Below, piece after piece: positions 48,261 through 57,976 of a DNA stretch of 64,000 nucleotides. A program made the position numbers and the translations under genes. The notes under the pieces were generated by a model. It was not told the origin of the DNA. It searched no databases and worked only from the letters and a program-made list of their open reading frames with translations. Source of the stretch: a virus. Each line of letters opens with the position of its first letter. Within the stretch, counting starts at the first letter, position 1. Where the stretch lies: IMG/VR virus record IMGVR_UViG_3300027749_000049, positions 64,005-128,004 of that record; one strand, 5' to 3'.

Positions 48261-48668
48261 ATGTCAACTCTTAAAACCACACTCATATTTGAATCGGCTG
48301 CTTTATTTCCAACGCCAATGTCATTTACTAAAATTGCAACTGAAACCTTAACTGGTACCTATGCATCATTTCAAACCAATACGTTGGCTGCAGGTTCTTT
48401 AGAAACCTTATTTGAAACTAATGAATCAATTGGAAACTCTGGTGTTCTGTATTTTTATGCAAATGCAGCTTCGGCTAATACAAAACCAATTGACTTAGTT
48501 ATTGATAATAAAAGTACAAGCCAATCTTATTTTGTTAGACTAATTCCTGGAGATATAACCTATTTGCCAGTATTTGCAGCAGACTATGCAGGTATCAAAA
48601 TTTCAGCAAGAAATAACGATCCTAGTAATACAGCAGCTCTTACCTATTTTTATGGATCTAAAGACTAA
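48261..48668 (+). CDS. Putative virion protein, paralog of the N-domain of 45525..47867
   Basis: MSTLKTTLIFESAALFPTP vs MSILKTTLKVESTTLFPTP. Confidence 0.6.
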   Translation: MSTLKTTLIFESAALFPTPMSFTKIATETLTGTYASFQTNTLAAGSLETLFETNESIGNSGVLYFYANAASANTKPIDLVIDNKSTSQSYFVRLIPGDITYLPVFAADYAGIKISARNNDPSNTAALTYFYGSKD

Positions 48669-48763
48669 TTAAAACCTTTTTTAAAAAGGTTAACATAATA
48701 ACCTAAGAAAACCTTGAACCTAAAAAATTCAAGGTTTTTTAGGTATATTAATAATATAAACAT

Positions 48764-48835
48764 AGCGGGTTAGAGCAGTGGTAGCTCGCGAGCCTCATAA
48801 GCTCGAGGTCGGTGGTTCGAATCCCTCACCCGCAA
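48764..48835 (+). tRNA. tRNA-Met(CAT), initiator-like
   Basis: Anticodon arm CGAGC-CTCATAA-GCTCG; unpaired 1:72 position (A:A). Confidence 0.85.
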
Positions 48836-48947
48836 CCCGGATCCATGCAAGTTGAGCGCAAACCAAATTGCTCTTCAGGTAGATTTGTATGGATTAAACA
48901 CCCCGTCACGGTATGCTCTAAGGGGCAGGAGTGAACTGAAGAGAAAC

Positions 48948-49021
48948 GGACTGGTAGTTCAGCTGGTTAGAATGCCGCCCTGTCACGGCGGAGGTCACGG
49001 GTTCGAGTCCCGTCCAGTCCG
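48948..49021 (+). tRNA. tRNA-Asp(GTC)
   Basis: GGACTGG/CCAGTCC, anticodon arm CCGCC-CTGTCAC-GGCGG. Confidence 0.95.
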
Positions 49022-49176
49022 CAAATCATATTAGGGTCGAGCCGTATTGTGCCATGATATGAAATAGACTTGAGAGGATTAGAGACGGCCGTGACTACCT
49101 CAAGTCAAATTATTTAAGAAAACCTTGAACCTAAAAAATTCAAGGTTTTTTGGTATAATAACCCTAAAATAAAAAA

Positions 49177-49566
49177 ATGACACATACAACATTATTAAAC
49201 ACAGCAGAGCGGTTAATGCAACTGCCAAAGGAAATTGAAAGCTTGCAGTATTCTATCCTAAAAAAGATGGCATCATCTACTATAATTGCAGCAAGTGCTT
49301 CAAGTATTGAATCAAAGATTAGACTTGAAATTAATTCAGAAGTAGATGCAAACGGTAAAAAAGTTTACTCAAATGCTGAAACTCGTGGAGCTGAATTTGA
49401 AGAAAGAGCTCAATTTAATTCCGAGTTATTGGCAATTCGAGAAGACTATGACTTAATGCAAAGAGAGATTCAGGAAATGAAAATTCAGGTAGAGACCCTA
49501 AATAATGAACAGCGTAATATCCGTTCAATTCTGCACTTCTTTGCTGGACACGATGACCAGTTATAA
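49177..49566 (+). CDS. Coiled-coil protein (possibly UvsY-like)
   Basis: Helical heptads; family assignment weak. Confidence 0.5.
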   Translation: MTHTTLLNTAERLMQLPKEIESLQYSILKKMASSTIIAASASSIESKIRLEINSEVDANGKKVYSNAETRGAEFEERAQFNSELLAIREDYDLMQREIQEMKIQVETLNNEQRNIRSILHFFAGHDDQL

Positions 49567-49650
49567 TTAAGTTAACCTTTATATATTAAACCGGTTCACT
49601 TGGACCGGTTTTTTTATGTGAGATAAATAGAATAAAGTAATTAAAACAGG

Positions 49651-50520
49651 ATGAGTACTACCCCATTTGCATATAATCCAAGTCAGTCTACTATTGCTGG
49701 AACAACAAATTTAGTTAATTTATCAATAGGAACAACTGATCAGCACTATGGTGCTAATCCGGGTGGGTTAACTTGGTGGCTAGGACCTGAAGATATAACT
49801 GGTTATCTAATTTGCAGACCGGTACCTGCTGGAAATCAGCCAACTCAAATTGGTGCAATTGGAACAGTTCGATTTGCTAGAAGCACGGCTAAAACTGATC
49901 AATCATTTTTGGAACTGGCTAATTATATTAAAAGAGATTTAGGCGGATCTCCTAACTTGGCTAGTGCATCAGCCGCTCTTACTTGGTTAACCGATAATGG
50001 CTATTGGACTTCATGGGTTCAACCATATATTGCAGGTTTATATAAAACAACATACAATGGATATTTTGCAGATAACGTTAGCTTCTTTGCAACTGCAACT
50101 CCACAAGCATTTGGTGCAAATCCAATAACTGAAGTCCAAACAACCTCTATCTTTGAACCAGCGACGGATGATGGATCCGATTTTAGTTGTCAATGGCTAG
50201 GTTATTTTAAACCAACAACTTCTGAAACTTATACATTTTACACATCAAGCGATGATGCATCGTATATGTGGATCGGTGCAAATGCTCAAACTGGTTTTAC
50301 GACAGCCAATGCAACGGTTAACAATGGTGGATTGCATGGAACAACTGAAAAATCGGGATCAATTACATTAACCGCTGGCACTTATTATCCAGTTAGAATT
50401 CAATTTGGTGAACGTGGTGGTGGGGATGTATTAACATTTAATTACTCAACTCCAACTATCTCTAAAACAACTAATGTTACTGGATTAGTTTTCTATAATT
50501 CAACAACAAACAATTTTTAA
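49651..50520 (+). CDS. Virion protein with C-terminal PA14 domain
   Basis: WLGYFKP...YTFYTSSDDASYMWIG...YYPVRIQFGERGGGD. Confidence 0.8.
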   Translation: MSTTPFAYNPSQSTIAGTTNLVNLSIGTTDQHYGANPGGLTWWLGPEDITGYLICRPVPAGNQPTQIGAIGTVRFARSTAKTDQSFLELANYIKRDLGGSPNLASASAALTWLTDNGYWTSWVQPYIAGLYKTTYNGYFADNVSFFATATPQAFGANPITEVQTTSIFEPATDDGSDFSCQWLGYFKPTTSETYTFYTSSDDASYMWIGANAQTGFTTANATVNNGGLHGTTEKSGSITLTAGTYYPVRIQFGERGGGDVLTFNYSTPTISKTTNVTGLVFYNSTTNNF

Positions 50521-50535
50521 AAATAAAATACTATA

Positions 50536-51651
50536 ATGGCTAGTACAAAACCATTTTCTAGAAATCCATCACATACTGCAATTTCAGGGGTAACCAATCT
50601 TGGAGATATTGCAATAGGAACCTCTGCTCAAAACTATTCAGCTAATCCAGGCGGATTAACTTGGTGGATGGGGCCAGACGAATCAACTGGCTATGTGATT
50701 GGTGCACCAGTTGCTCTAGAAAATCAATCAACTCCAATTGGATCAGTAGGAAATGTTCAATTTTGGAGAACCAATTCCTTAAGCGATTCTGAATTTCTTT
50801 CATTAGCCAATTATGTTAAACGGACATTCGGTGGAGCTGCTGATTTAGCAACTGCAACCGATGCTAATGTATGGTTAGCTGCAAACAATTACTATACAAA
50901 CTGGACTTTGCCAGCAACTACAACAACGACGACGGCTGCTCCGACTACGACCACCACTACCACAGCTTCAGGTGGATTAGTGACAAGTGGACTAGTATTC
51001 AATTTACAAACCGCACCTTCATCTGGAACAACATGGACAGATGCAAGTGGAAACGGTTATAATGCAACATTACAAGGTTCGCCATCTTATGTATCTAATA
51101 ATGGTGGAGGTATACTATTAAATAATGCGGACTATACTGGGGTAGATTTTATTAGTGTTCCATATAACATTAGCAGTAATACGTTTACGGTTGAAATAGT
51201 TGCATCGTTTAACTCAACCTCGTATTGGGCAACAATTTGGGGTAACGAGGCATACAGTTTCAGTAGAGGATACTTTGCGTATCAACTTAATTCAACAAAT
51301 ATAACTTGGGGTTCGCCAAGTAGTAATACAACGGCAGCGACCATAACTGCAAGTAATTCAATAAGACACTGGGTCTTTGTAGTTAACGGTACAAGTAAAA
51401 GTTTATACTTAAATGGATCTCAGCTGGGTTCAACTGTAACCTTAAATAATCCAACTGGTGGATATGCAACTGGTAATTTCTATTTTGGCTCAAGACATAC
51501 TAATACAGGTACTGGAAATACAGACAGACTTAACAATTCAAATTCTGCAAACTATCCAGTATTCTACCAAATGAGAATATACAACACAGCTCTATCTGCT
51601 GCAAATGTGGATACTAATTTTAACGCAATCCGATCAACCTACGGTCTGTAA
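50536..51651 (+). CDS. Virion protein with Thr-rich linker and LamG/ConA-like domain
   Basis: N-domain shared with 49651; WTDASGNGYNATL...LYLNG...MRIYNTALS. Confidence 0.8.
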   Translation: MASTKPFSRNPSHTAISGVTNLGDIAIGTSAQNYSANPGGLTWWMGPDESTGYVIGAPVALENQSTPIGSVGNVQFWRTNSLSDSEFLSLANYVKRTFGGAADLATATDANVWLAANNYYTNWTLPATTTTTTAAPTTTTTTTASGGLVTSGLVFNLQTAPSSGTTWTDASGNGYNATLQGSPSYVSNNGGGILLNNADYTGVDFISVPYNISSNTFTVEIVASFNSTSYWATIWGNEAYSFSRGYFAYQLNSTNITWGSPSSNTTAATITASNSIRHWVFVVNGTSKSLYLNGSQLGSTVTLNNPTGGYATGNFYFGSRHTNTGTGNTDRLNNSNSANYPVFYQMRIYNTALSAANVDTNFNAIRSTYGL

Positions 51652-51670
51652 TTCTTGGTATATTAATACC

Positions 51671-52342
51671 ATGATGAATGAATTCCAAAAGTATGCAATG
51701 AGCGAGCACGGGGTGTCCTCATTGAAATTAGATTATTACGGTAAACAAGTTGAGTCATCCATGACTCCTTATATCTTAGAAGAACGCGAGTTACGTGTTA
51801 CTCAAATGGATATTTTTTCGAGGCTCATGCGCGATAGAATTCTTTGGGTTGCTGGTCCAGTAAATGATTATATGTCAACTATTGTGCAGGCTCAGTTAAT
51901 GTTCCTAGATTCAGTTGATGGTACTGATATTACAATGCATATTGATTCTCCAGGCGGATCAGTTAAGTCTGGACTTTCAATGGTGGACGTAATGGATTAT
52001 ATTAAAGCTGATATCCGAACTGTAAATACTGGAATGGCTGCATCAATGGGATCTATTCTCTTAGGTGCTGGCACAAAGGGTAAGCGTAGTTCCCTAAAGC
52101 ATTCAACCACAATGTTACACCAATCTTCTGGTGGATTTAGCGGAAATATCCAGGACGCTGAAGTTGACTGGGCTGAATGGCAAAAAGTTAATCATGAACT
52201 ATTTGTATTATTAGGTAAATACTGTGGTAAAAAACCTGATCAGGTAAAGAAGGATGCAACCAGAGACTTTTGGTTAAGCGCAGAAGAGGCTGTAAAATAC
52301 GGAATCATTGATGAGATTGTAAAATCTAAAAAATCTAAATAA
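51671..52342 (+). CDS. clpP: ATP-dependent Clp protease proteolytic subunit
   Basis: DIFSRLMRDRI, IDSPGG, AASMGS, MLHQ, RDFWLSAEEAVKYG. Confidence 0.93.
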   Translation: MMNEFQKYAMSEHGVSSLKLDYYGKQVESSMTPYILEERELRVTQMDIFSRLMRDRILWVAGPVNDYMSTIVQAQLMFLDSVDGTDITMHIDSPGGSVKSGLSMVDVMDYIKADIRTVNTGMAASMGSILLGAGTKGKRSSLKHSTTMLHQSSGGFSGNIQDAEVDWAEWQKVNHELFVLLGKYCGKKPDQVKKDATRDFWLSAEEAVKYGIIDEIVKSKKSK

Positions 52343-52348
52343 TAATAT

Positions 52349-52768
52349 ATGCATGGTAAAGTATTAGTACTCCTACGTGGAGTTCCTGGAGCAGGCAAAA
52401 GCTCGTTCGCAAATTTTGTATGGAATAGTGGTGTAATTTTTGAAGCTGATAAATTCTTTGATACGCCAGATGGAGGTTATAAGTTTGATGGAGCTAAATT
52501 AAAAGAAGCCCATGAATGGTGTAGGCTTGGTGTACAAACTGCAATGGAAGAAAATATTCAAACCAACGGTCAGTATTATCCAGAAATAATTGTATCAAAT
52601 ACATTTACTCGTGAATGGGAAATGCAAGCCTATGTAGACTTAGCCAAAGAATTTGGGTATACAATAGTCTCCCTAATTGTTGAGAACCGTCATGGTGGAG
52701 TTAATCAACATGGAGTACCTGAGGAAAAGGTGCAAGAAATGCGAGACCGATTTGAAGTAAAATTATAA
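52349..52768 (+). CDS. P-loop kinase (AAA_33, polynucleotide-kinase-like)
   Basis: RGVPGAGKS, EADKFF, VSNTF, HGVP. Confidence 0.8.
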   Translation: MHGKVLVLLRGVPGAGKSSFANFVWNSGVIFEADKFFDTPDGGYKFDGAKLKEAHEWCRLGVQTAMEENIQTNGQYYPEIIVSNTFTREWEMQAYVDLAKEFGYTIVSLIVENRHGGVNQHGVPEEKVQEMRDRFEVKL

Positions 52769-52809
52769 ATTAAAGTGGTATATTATTTAAAATCATAAAA
52801 AATAAAGCT

Positions 52810-53145
52810 ATGAACAAAAAAGAATTAATTGATGCATTTCTACAGAAGCTGGGAGTGTTTGGCAAAAAACTTGGTAACCTAATTATTGTTGCCATTGCAA
52901 TGTTAGCAGGTTTCTTTATTGGCTATTACTATTGGGTAATGACAAACAAGGTTGGAAAATCTCAATGGGATAGTATTAAGCCACTAACCACAACATCAGT
53001 TGCAATTAATGAACGTAATGAATTATTGGTAATTGACCGAAAGACTGGAATCTATTCAATTTATCAAGATTCAGTAGGGAGTGTTATTTTTAATCTCTAT
53101 GCAAATCGTATTTATAAACAAGCAGTTCCAGTAACTACTAAATAA
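52810..53145 (+). CDS. Membrane protein
   Basis: Single TM. Confidence 0.6.
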   Translation: MNKKELIDAFLQKLGVFGKKLGNLIIVAIAMLAGFFIGYYYWVMTNKVGKSQWDSIKPLTTTSVAINERNELLVIDRKTGIYSIYQDSVGSVIFNLYANRIYKQAVPVTTK

Positions 53146-53660
53146 TGACCTCATTAAAAACCATATTAATCTTGAGCAGCTTAATCTTATTTGGAGCAAT
53201 ATGGACTTATGAGATTAATGAAACCACTGTTGGACTACCGGATGGAGCACGCACAATTGAAAGTGCTCCACCCTGTGTTCAAATGTATGATCACCTTAAG
53301 GAATATTCAGATAAGTACAAGATTCCATTTCATATTGCATATGGAGTAGCTCATAAAGAAACTGGATACAATGGAGCATTTGATTGGTCATATAATCCAG
53401 CACTAACCTCGTCGGCTGCTGCATACGGAGCAATGCAGGTACAGGTGCCTACTGCAAACTTTATTTGGCCGTCAGGCAAAAAGATTACCGCAAAAAGATT
53501 ATTGACGGATCTGAAATTTAATGTTGAGACCTCAATGAAACTGCTTGCACATTTGAAAAAACGATACGGTAGTTGGGAACTTGCATTGGGTTGTTATAAT
53601 ACCGGAAGACCTTTAATAAATTCATATGCACTAGAAATTGTACACTCAAACTATAAATAA
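53145..53660 (+). CDS. Lytic transglycosylase (SLT domain)
   Basis: HKETGY, AYGAMQV, ALGCYNTG. Confidence 0.85.
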   Translation: MTSLKTILILSSLILFGAIWTYEINETTVGLPDGARTIESAPPCVQMYDHLKEYSDKYKIPFHIAYGVAHKETGYNGAFDWSYNPALTSSAAAYGAMQVQVPTANFIWPSGKKITAKRLLTDLKFNVETSMKLLAHLKKRYGSWELALGCYNTGRPLINSYALEIVHSNYK

Positions 53661-53674
53661 AAAAATTAAATAAA

Positions 53675-53935
53675 ATGGCAGACTTTTGTAATAAATGCGC
53701 TCACGAATTATGGGGAGAAGATTTTGAACCAGAAATCGATGTTCCTAAAATAGCTAATCAACTTCCGGCTGGTCATTATATTTCGGTACTTTGTGAAGGT
53801 TGCGTAATGGTTGCAGTTTCAAAGGACGACACCGGTAAAGTTAATATTGCCTATGGCAATATTGGAGGAGATGACTTAACTTGGGGGTCTTTTGAAGACT
53901 GGGAAGCAAAGGACTCAAGTTTAAAAATTAAATAA
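53675..53935 (+). CDS. Hypothetical Cys-containing phage protein
   Basis: MADFCNKC...CEGC. Confidence 0.7.
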   Translation: MADFCNKCAHELWGEDFEPEIDVPKIANQLPAGHYISVLCEGCVMVAVSKDDTGKVNIAYGNIGGDDLTWGSFEDWEAKDSSLKIK

Positions 53936-53936
53936 T

Positions 53937-54191
53937 ATGACACACTTAGATAAATTTGAAATGGTTAATTTGTGCGAGACCTCTGAGGAATTAACTAATG
54001 CATTAAGGGCAATTGCTGATCAGGAAACTGGTATGATCAAAGGTCGATTACGTGAATTTGATTCACAGCGGATGGCCGGATATGTTTCACTAGTTATAAA
54101 TGAAGGAGCTCCAGCCAATTTATTAACCAGAGAATTTGGAATTCGGCAACAAGCTCTATATTTAAGGTACTGTATACAAAACGGAATTTAA
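53937..54191 (+). CDS. Hypothetical protein
   Basis: ORF in operon. Confidence 0.7.
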   Translation: MTHLDKFEMVNLCETSEELTNALRAIADQETGMIKGRLREFDSQRMAGYVSLVINEGAPANLLTREFGIRQQALYLRYCIQNGI

Positions 54192-54192
54192 T

Positions 54193-54483
54193 ATGACACC
54201 AGAAGAAAAAATAGAGATACTAGAGGCAAGATTGGAATTACGTTCTAAAATAATGCTTGAATTAATGGATGCAACTGAATATTATCAATCTCGCTCCCAT
54301 ATAATTGAAAAAATTAGTTTAGAATTAATGGCTTGTCCATGGTGGAAGATTACAAAGCTTATTAAATTAGAAAAACGAATTCATTTGGCAATTTTAAGTC
54401 ATATGGAAGATCGGTCAATTGACCAAACGGTTGACCGCCTAATGGAACTTGCCGTAAATAATTTGGAGGATCTTAACTCATGA
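54193..54483 (+). CDS. Hypothetical protein
   Basis: ORF in operon. Confidence 0.6.
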   Translation: MTPEEKIEILEARLELRSKIMLELMDATEYYQSRSHIIEKISLELMACPWWKITKLIKLEKRIHLAILSHMEDRSIDQTVDRLMELAVNNLEDLNS

Positions 54484-55136
54484 TGAAATTAACAATTGAA
54501 CCTCATCAGCGTGTTTGGTTTACTTCAGACACTCATTACATGCACTCTAATATTTGTAGAGGTACGTCTAATTGGGTAGAGGGCAGTAAGACTCGTGATT
54601 TTGACGAGCTTGAACAAATGAATGAGGTTATTATTAATAATATTAATAATTCAGTTAGGGAAGACGATATTCTATTTCATCTAGGTGATTGGTCATTTGG
54701 GGGATACGAGAATATTGAAGGGTTTAGGCAAAAGATTACCTGTAAGAACATTCATCTACTACTTGGAAATCACGACCATCACATCGAGAATGACAAGGGC
54801 GGTATTCAAAAACTATTTAAGTCAGTTAATAATTATCTTAGGCTTGAACTTAATATTTTAAATCCAGAAGCTAAAGAAACCATTCGTAAAACTTTTGTAC
54901 TATGCCATTACCCAATTGCAAGTTGGCACGATATGAACCGCGGAGTTATTCAATTGCATGGGCACGTGCATTTACCGCCAGACCTAAAGTTACATGAAGG
55001 TAAAGCAATGGATGTTGGAATGGATGGTAATTTATTGGAGCCATATTCTTTACAAGAAATTTTACAAATAATGAGGGACCGCCCAATCAGGTGCCTTGAA
55101 TTACCAAACGACCATCATGAGGATGGTGCAAAATAA
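54480..55136 (+). CDS. Calcineurin-like metallophosphoesterase
   Basis: SDTH, HLGD, GNHD, CHYP, HGHVH. Confidence 0.9.
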   Translation: MMKLTIEPHQRVWFTSDTHYMHSNICRGTSNWVEGSKTRDFDELEQMNEVIINNINNSVREDDILFHLGDWSFGGYENIEGFRQKITCKNIHLLLGNHDHHIENDKGGIQKLFKSVNNYLRLELNILNPEAKETIRKTFVLCHYPIASWHDMNRGVIQLHGHVHLPPDLKLHEGKAMDVGMDGNLLEPYSLQEILQIMRDRPIRCLELPNDHHEDGAK

Positions 55137-55152
55137 TATTATAAATTAACGA

Positions 55153-55632
55153 ATGATTCAACAAGTAGACGCCTTACTCAAGGATATTAATACAAAACCA
55201 AACTGGAGTGCAAAAGAACTTGCACCAAAATTACAGTCTCTATCTCATCAATTGGAAAATCAATTACAGGCAGACGGTAAAGTTGTAAATTTTACTGGAG
55301 CTAGTAAAAAATCAAAAGTAAAAGTAATCCGAAAATACGATCTTCTCTATTTAGCAATAGTTGGAGTTCCTCATTATTTCCTAATCCATAAAATTGACAG
55401 AGACACAGTCTTTGGAATTATTTTTACCTCAACCAATAAACCAGAACACTGCATACACGAAGTATTAGAGGACCGAATTCTTGAAGGATCCTTTGCTACT
55501 TGCACCTATTTTACAGTTTCATTAGCTGAAGCAATGGACTCTTTTATCCGAGTTTACGAAAGCAAAAAGGAAGCTGACGATATTTTTGTAAAGGTCAAAG
55601 CCCATTATAAAACAGTCTTTAATTTTAAATAA
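55153..55632 (+). CDS. Hypothetical protein
   Basis: ORF track. Confidence 0.65.
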   Translation: MIQQVDALLKDINTKPNWSAKELAPKLQSLSHQLENQLQADGKVVNFTGASKKSKVKVIRKYDLLYLAIVGVPHYFLIHKIDRDTVFGIIFTSTNKPEHCIHEVLEDRILEGSFATCTYFTVSLAEAMDSFIRVYESKKEADDIFVKVKAHYKTVFNFK

Positions 55633-55681
55633 TTAGTTCAATATTATGTACCTTTGGGTATATTAATATAAAGAATTAATT

Positions 55682-56233
55682 ATGAAAGCTCAAGATAATC
55701 CAAAAATTGATTGGATCATCTCTCAACACAGGGATACTAATCATATGTACGATGCGTACTTACCTTACGAATTCCATTTAAGAATGGTCGTAGAGGTTGC
55801 AAATAAATTCCAACACTTAATTACCTATAAGCAAGATTTTCCTAGTGTAATTCTTGGAGCATGGGGCCATGACTTGATTGAGGATACTCGCGTTTCCTAC
55901 AATGATGTTAAGCAAGAACTTGGCAAAATGGCTGCTGACATTATCTATGCATGCTCAAATGAAAAGGGTAAAACCCGAGAAGACCGAGCAAATCATAATT
56001 ATTATAGAGTAATCAGGTCAACTCCTTATGCAGTATTTGTAAAGTTATGCGATCGTATTGCCAATGTGCAATATTCAAAAATGTCAGGCAGTCGTATGTT
56101 TGAAATGTATAAGAAAGAAAATCGTGGCTTTACTCAATCATTGGAACTTAGACATGATATGATAGAATATTCAGGCCATGAGTATTATAAAATGTACCAG
56201 TACTTAAACGAGCTATTTAGACAAGAGTCATAA
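55682..56233 (+). CDS. HD-domain hydrolase, SpoT/Mesh1-like
   Basis: PYEFHL, HDLIEDT, VKLCDRIAN. Confidence 0.85.
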   Translation: MKAQDNPKIDWIISQHRDTNHMYDAYLPYEFHLRMVVEVANKFQHLITYKQDFPSVILGAWGHDLIEDTRVSYNDVKQELGKMAADIIYACSNEKGKTREDRANHNYYRVIRSTPYAVFVKLCDRIANVQYSKMSGSRMFEMYKKENRGFTQSLELRHDMIEYSGHEYYKMYQYLNELFRQES

Positions 56234-56236
56234 CTT

Positions 56237-56809
56237 ATGAAAATAATATTTTTAGATATAGATGGTGTTCTTAATTGTGAAAATGCATACAAAAATGGAG
56301 AATGTCAATATCAGGGGTGGACTTGGGAAGACGGTCGCAAAGATCATTACCAACGTTTTTGCGTACGTAGCAAGGATTTATTAAATAAGCTCATTGATGA
56401 AACTGGAGCAAAAATTATTATCAGTTCAACATGGAGAATGAGTGGTATTGAATTTATGAGGAAGGTGTGGGAGTTTGAAGAAATGCATGGCGAAATAATA
56501 GGAATTACTCCATCATTGAGAACCAATGGTATTAATATTCCAAGAGGAATGGAAATTAAATATTATCTAGAAAATGATTTAAAATTCCAACACATTAATT
56601 GGTCAGAAGAAGAACAACAGAAATGCATAGATACTTCAGGAGTAGAGAATTATATTATTATTGACGATGATTCTGACATGCTTTATGGACAACGAAATCA
56701 TTTTGTACACGTATTACCGTCCCCAAGAAATAAAGATGGATTTAATCAATTCTATTATGAAACCGCTTTACAGAAGTTAAGTAGAACAATAATCGATTTG
56801 AATTATTAA
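56237..56809 (+). CDS. HAD-family phosphatase (Swiss-army-knife RNA-repair type)
   Basis: FLDIDGVLN, SSTWR, RGMEI, IIIDDD. Confidence 0.85.
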   Translation: MKIIFLDIDGVLNCENAYKNGECQYQGWTWEDGRKDHYQRFCVRSKDLLNKLIDETGAKIIISSTWRMSGIEFMRKVWEFEEMHGEIIGITPSLRTNGINIPRGMEIKYYLENDLKFQHINWSEEEQQKCIDTSGVENYIIIDDDSDMLYGQRNHFVHVLPSPRNKDGFNQFYYETALQKLSRTIIDLNY

Positions 56810-56824
56810 TAAAAAAATATAACA

Positions 56825-57970
56825 ATGGAAAATAAAGACTCAGTTTGCTATGTAGCAAAAATTAACGAAATTAGGCCTATTGAAGGTGCAGACAACATTG
56901 AATTAGCAATTGTTGGAGGATGGAATTGTATTACTAAAAAAGGAGAATATGCAGCTGACGATTTAATTGTAGTTGCTACAACTGATGCAGTCATTCCACA
57001 AGAATTATCAGATGTAATGAACGTGACAAATTATTTACGTAAAGGTGGACGTGTTCGTACTGTAAAATTACGTGGAGTATATTCAGAATGTTTAATTATT
57101 CCGTTTGAACATTGTAAAGATGGCACTAAATTAGCCAATACCAAATGGAACGAAGGAGAAGACATGATGATGTTCTTAGGTATTTTCAAGTATGAACCGC
57201 CAGTTAAAACAATATCATTAGGCGGTGGTAAAAAGATTCGCTATCAAGATAACCCTAATTTTCATGTTTACTACAAGTTTCCTAACTTGAAGAATGTAGC
57301 TGGGATGTTTACTGAAGATGATGCGGTAGAAATTACTCGTAAAATCCACGGAACAAATGCTCGTTATGGAATTGTTAAGAAGACTAAATTAACATTTTGG
57401 GACAAGGCTAAGAAATTCTTTGGTTTGGCTGACAAATGGATAGGTTATGAATTTGTAGTTGGTTCTCATAATGTTGAAAAGGGTTCTGATTCTCAAGGTT
57501 TCTACGATACGAATGTTTGGTACCAAATTGCAGACAAATATGAAATCAAACAGAGATTATGGGAATACGTTAAGAGTGTTGCAATGGAACCAGAAATCGG
57601 AGACGGCATTACAATCTATGGAGAAATTTATGGAGCTGGAATTCAAAAAAATTATGAATACGGATTAACTGACATTGAGTTTGTTGGGTTTGATGTCAAA
57701 GAGGCTGGAGAATACTTAAGTCCTATCAATTCTAAATTGATGATTAAAGATATTTTGCAATTGCCTTATGTTGAAATCTTACATTTTGGAAACTGGTCTC
57801 AAGAAACCCAAGACAAATTTGTATTCAATAATTTTATTGCAGGTACTAAAGTTCCAGAAGAAGGAATTGTAATTAAGTACCATACTGGAGAAAGAAACAA
57901 AGTTGCAAAGGTAATTAATCCTGACTACTTGATTTACGGAGAAAAACACGATATCGGAGACTCACACTAA
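56825..57970 (+). CDS. RNA ligase (DRB0094/Rnl2-like)
   Basis: N-terminal OB-like IEGADNIE; motif I KIHGTN; YGEIYG; FDV; EEGIVIK; KVIN. Confidence 0.9.
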   Translation: MENKDSVCYVAKINEIRPIEGADNIELAIVGGWNCITKKGEYAADDLIVVATTDAVIPQELSDVMNVTNYLRKGGRVRTVKLRGVYSECLIIPFEHCKDGTKLANTKWNEGEDMMMFLGIFKYEPPVKTISLGGGKKIRYQDNPNFHVYYKFPNLKNVAGMFTEDDAVEITRKIHGTNARYGIVKKTKLTFWDKAKKFFGLADKWIGYEFVVGSHNVEKGSDSQGFYDTNVWYQIADKYEIKQRLWEYVKSVAMEPEIGDGITIYGEIYGAGIQKNYEYGLTDIEFVGFDVKEAGEYLSPINSKLMIKDILQLPYVEILHFGNWSQETQDKFVFNNFIAGTKVPEEGIVIKYHTGERNKVAKVINPDYLIYGEKHDIGDSH

Positions 57971-57976
57971 GCCCTA

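Larger units (their letters stand above)
48704..49160 (+). repeat. Direct repeat (about 46 nt terminator-promoter module) flanking the tRNA-Met/Asp unit
   Basis: TAAGAAAACCTTGAACCTAAAAAATTCAAGGTTTTTT then (A)GGTATAWTA at 48704-48750 and 49115-49160. Confidence 0.9.

Noticed and set aside
48852-49034. 60 aa ORF
   Set aside because: Overlaps tRNA-Asp and a structured spacer
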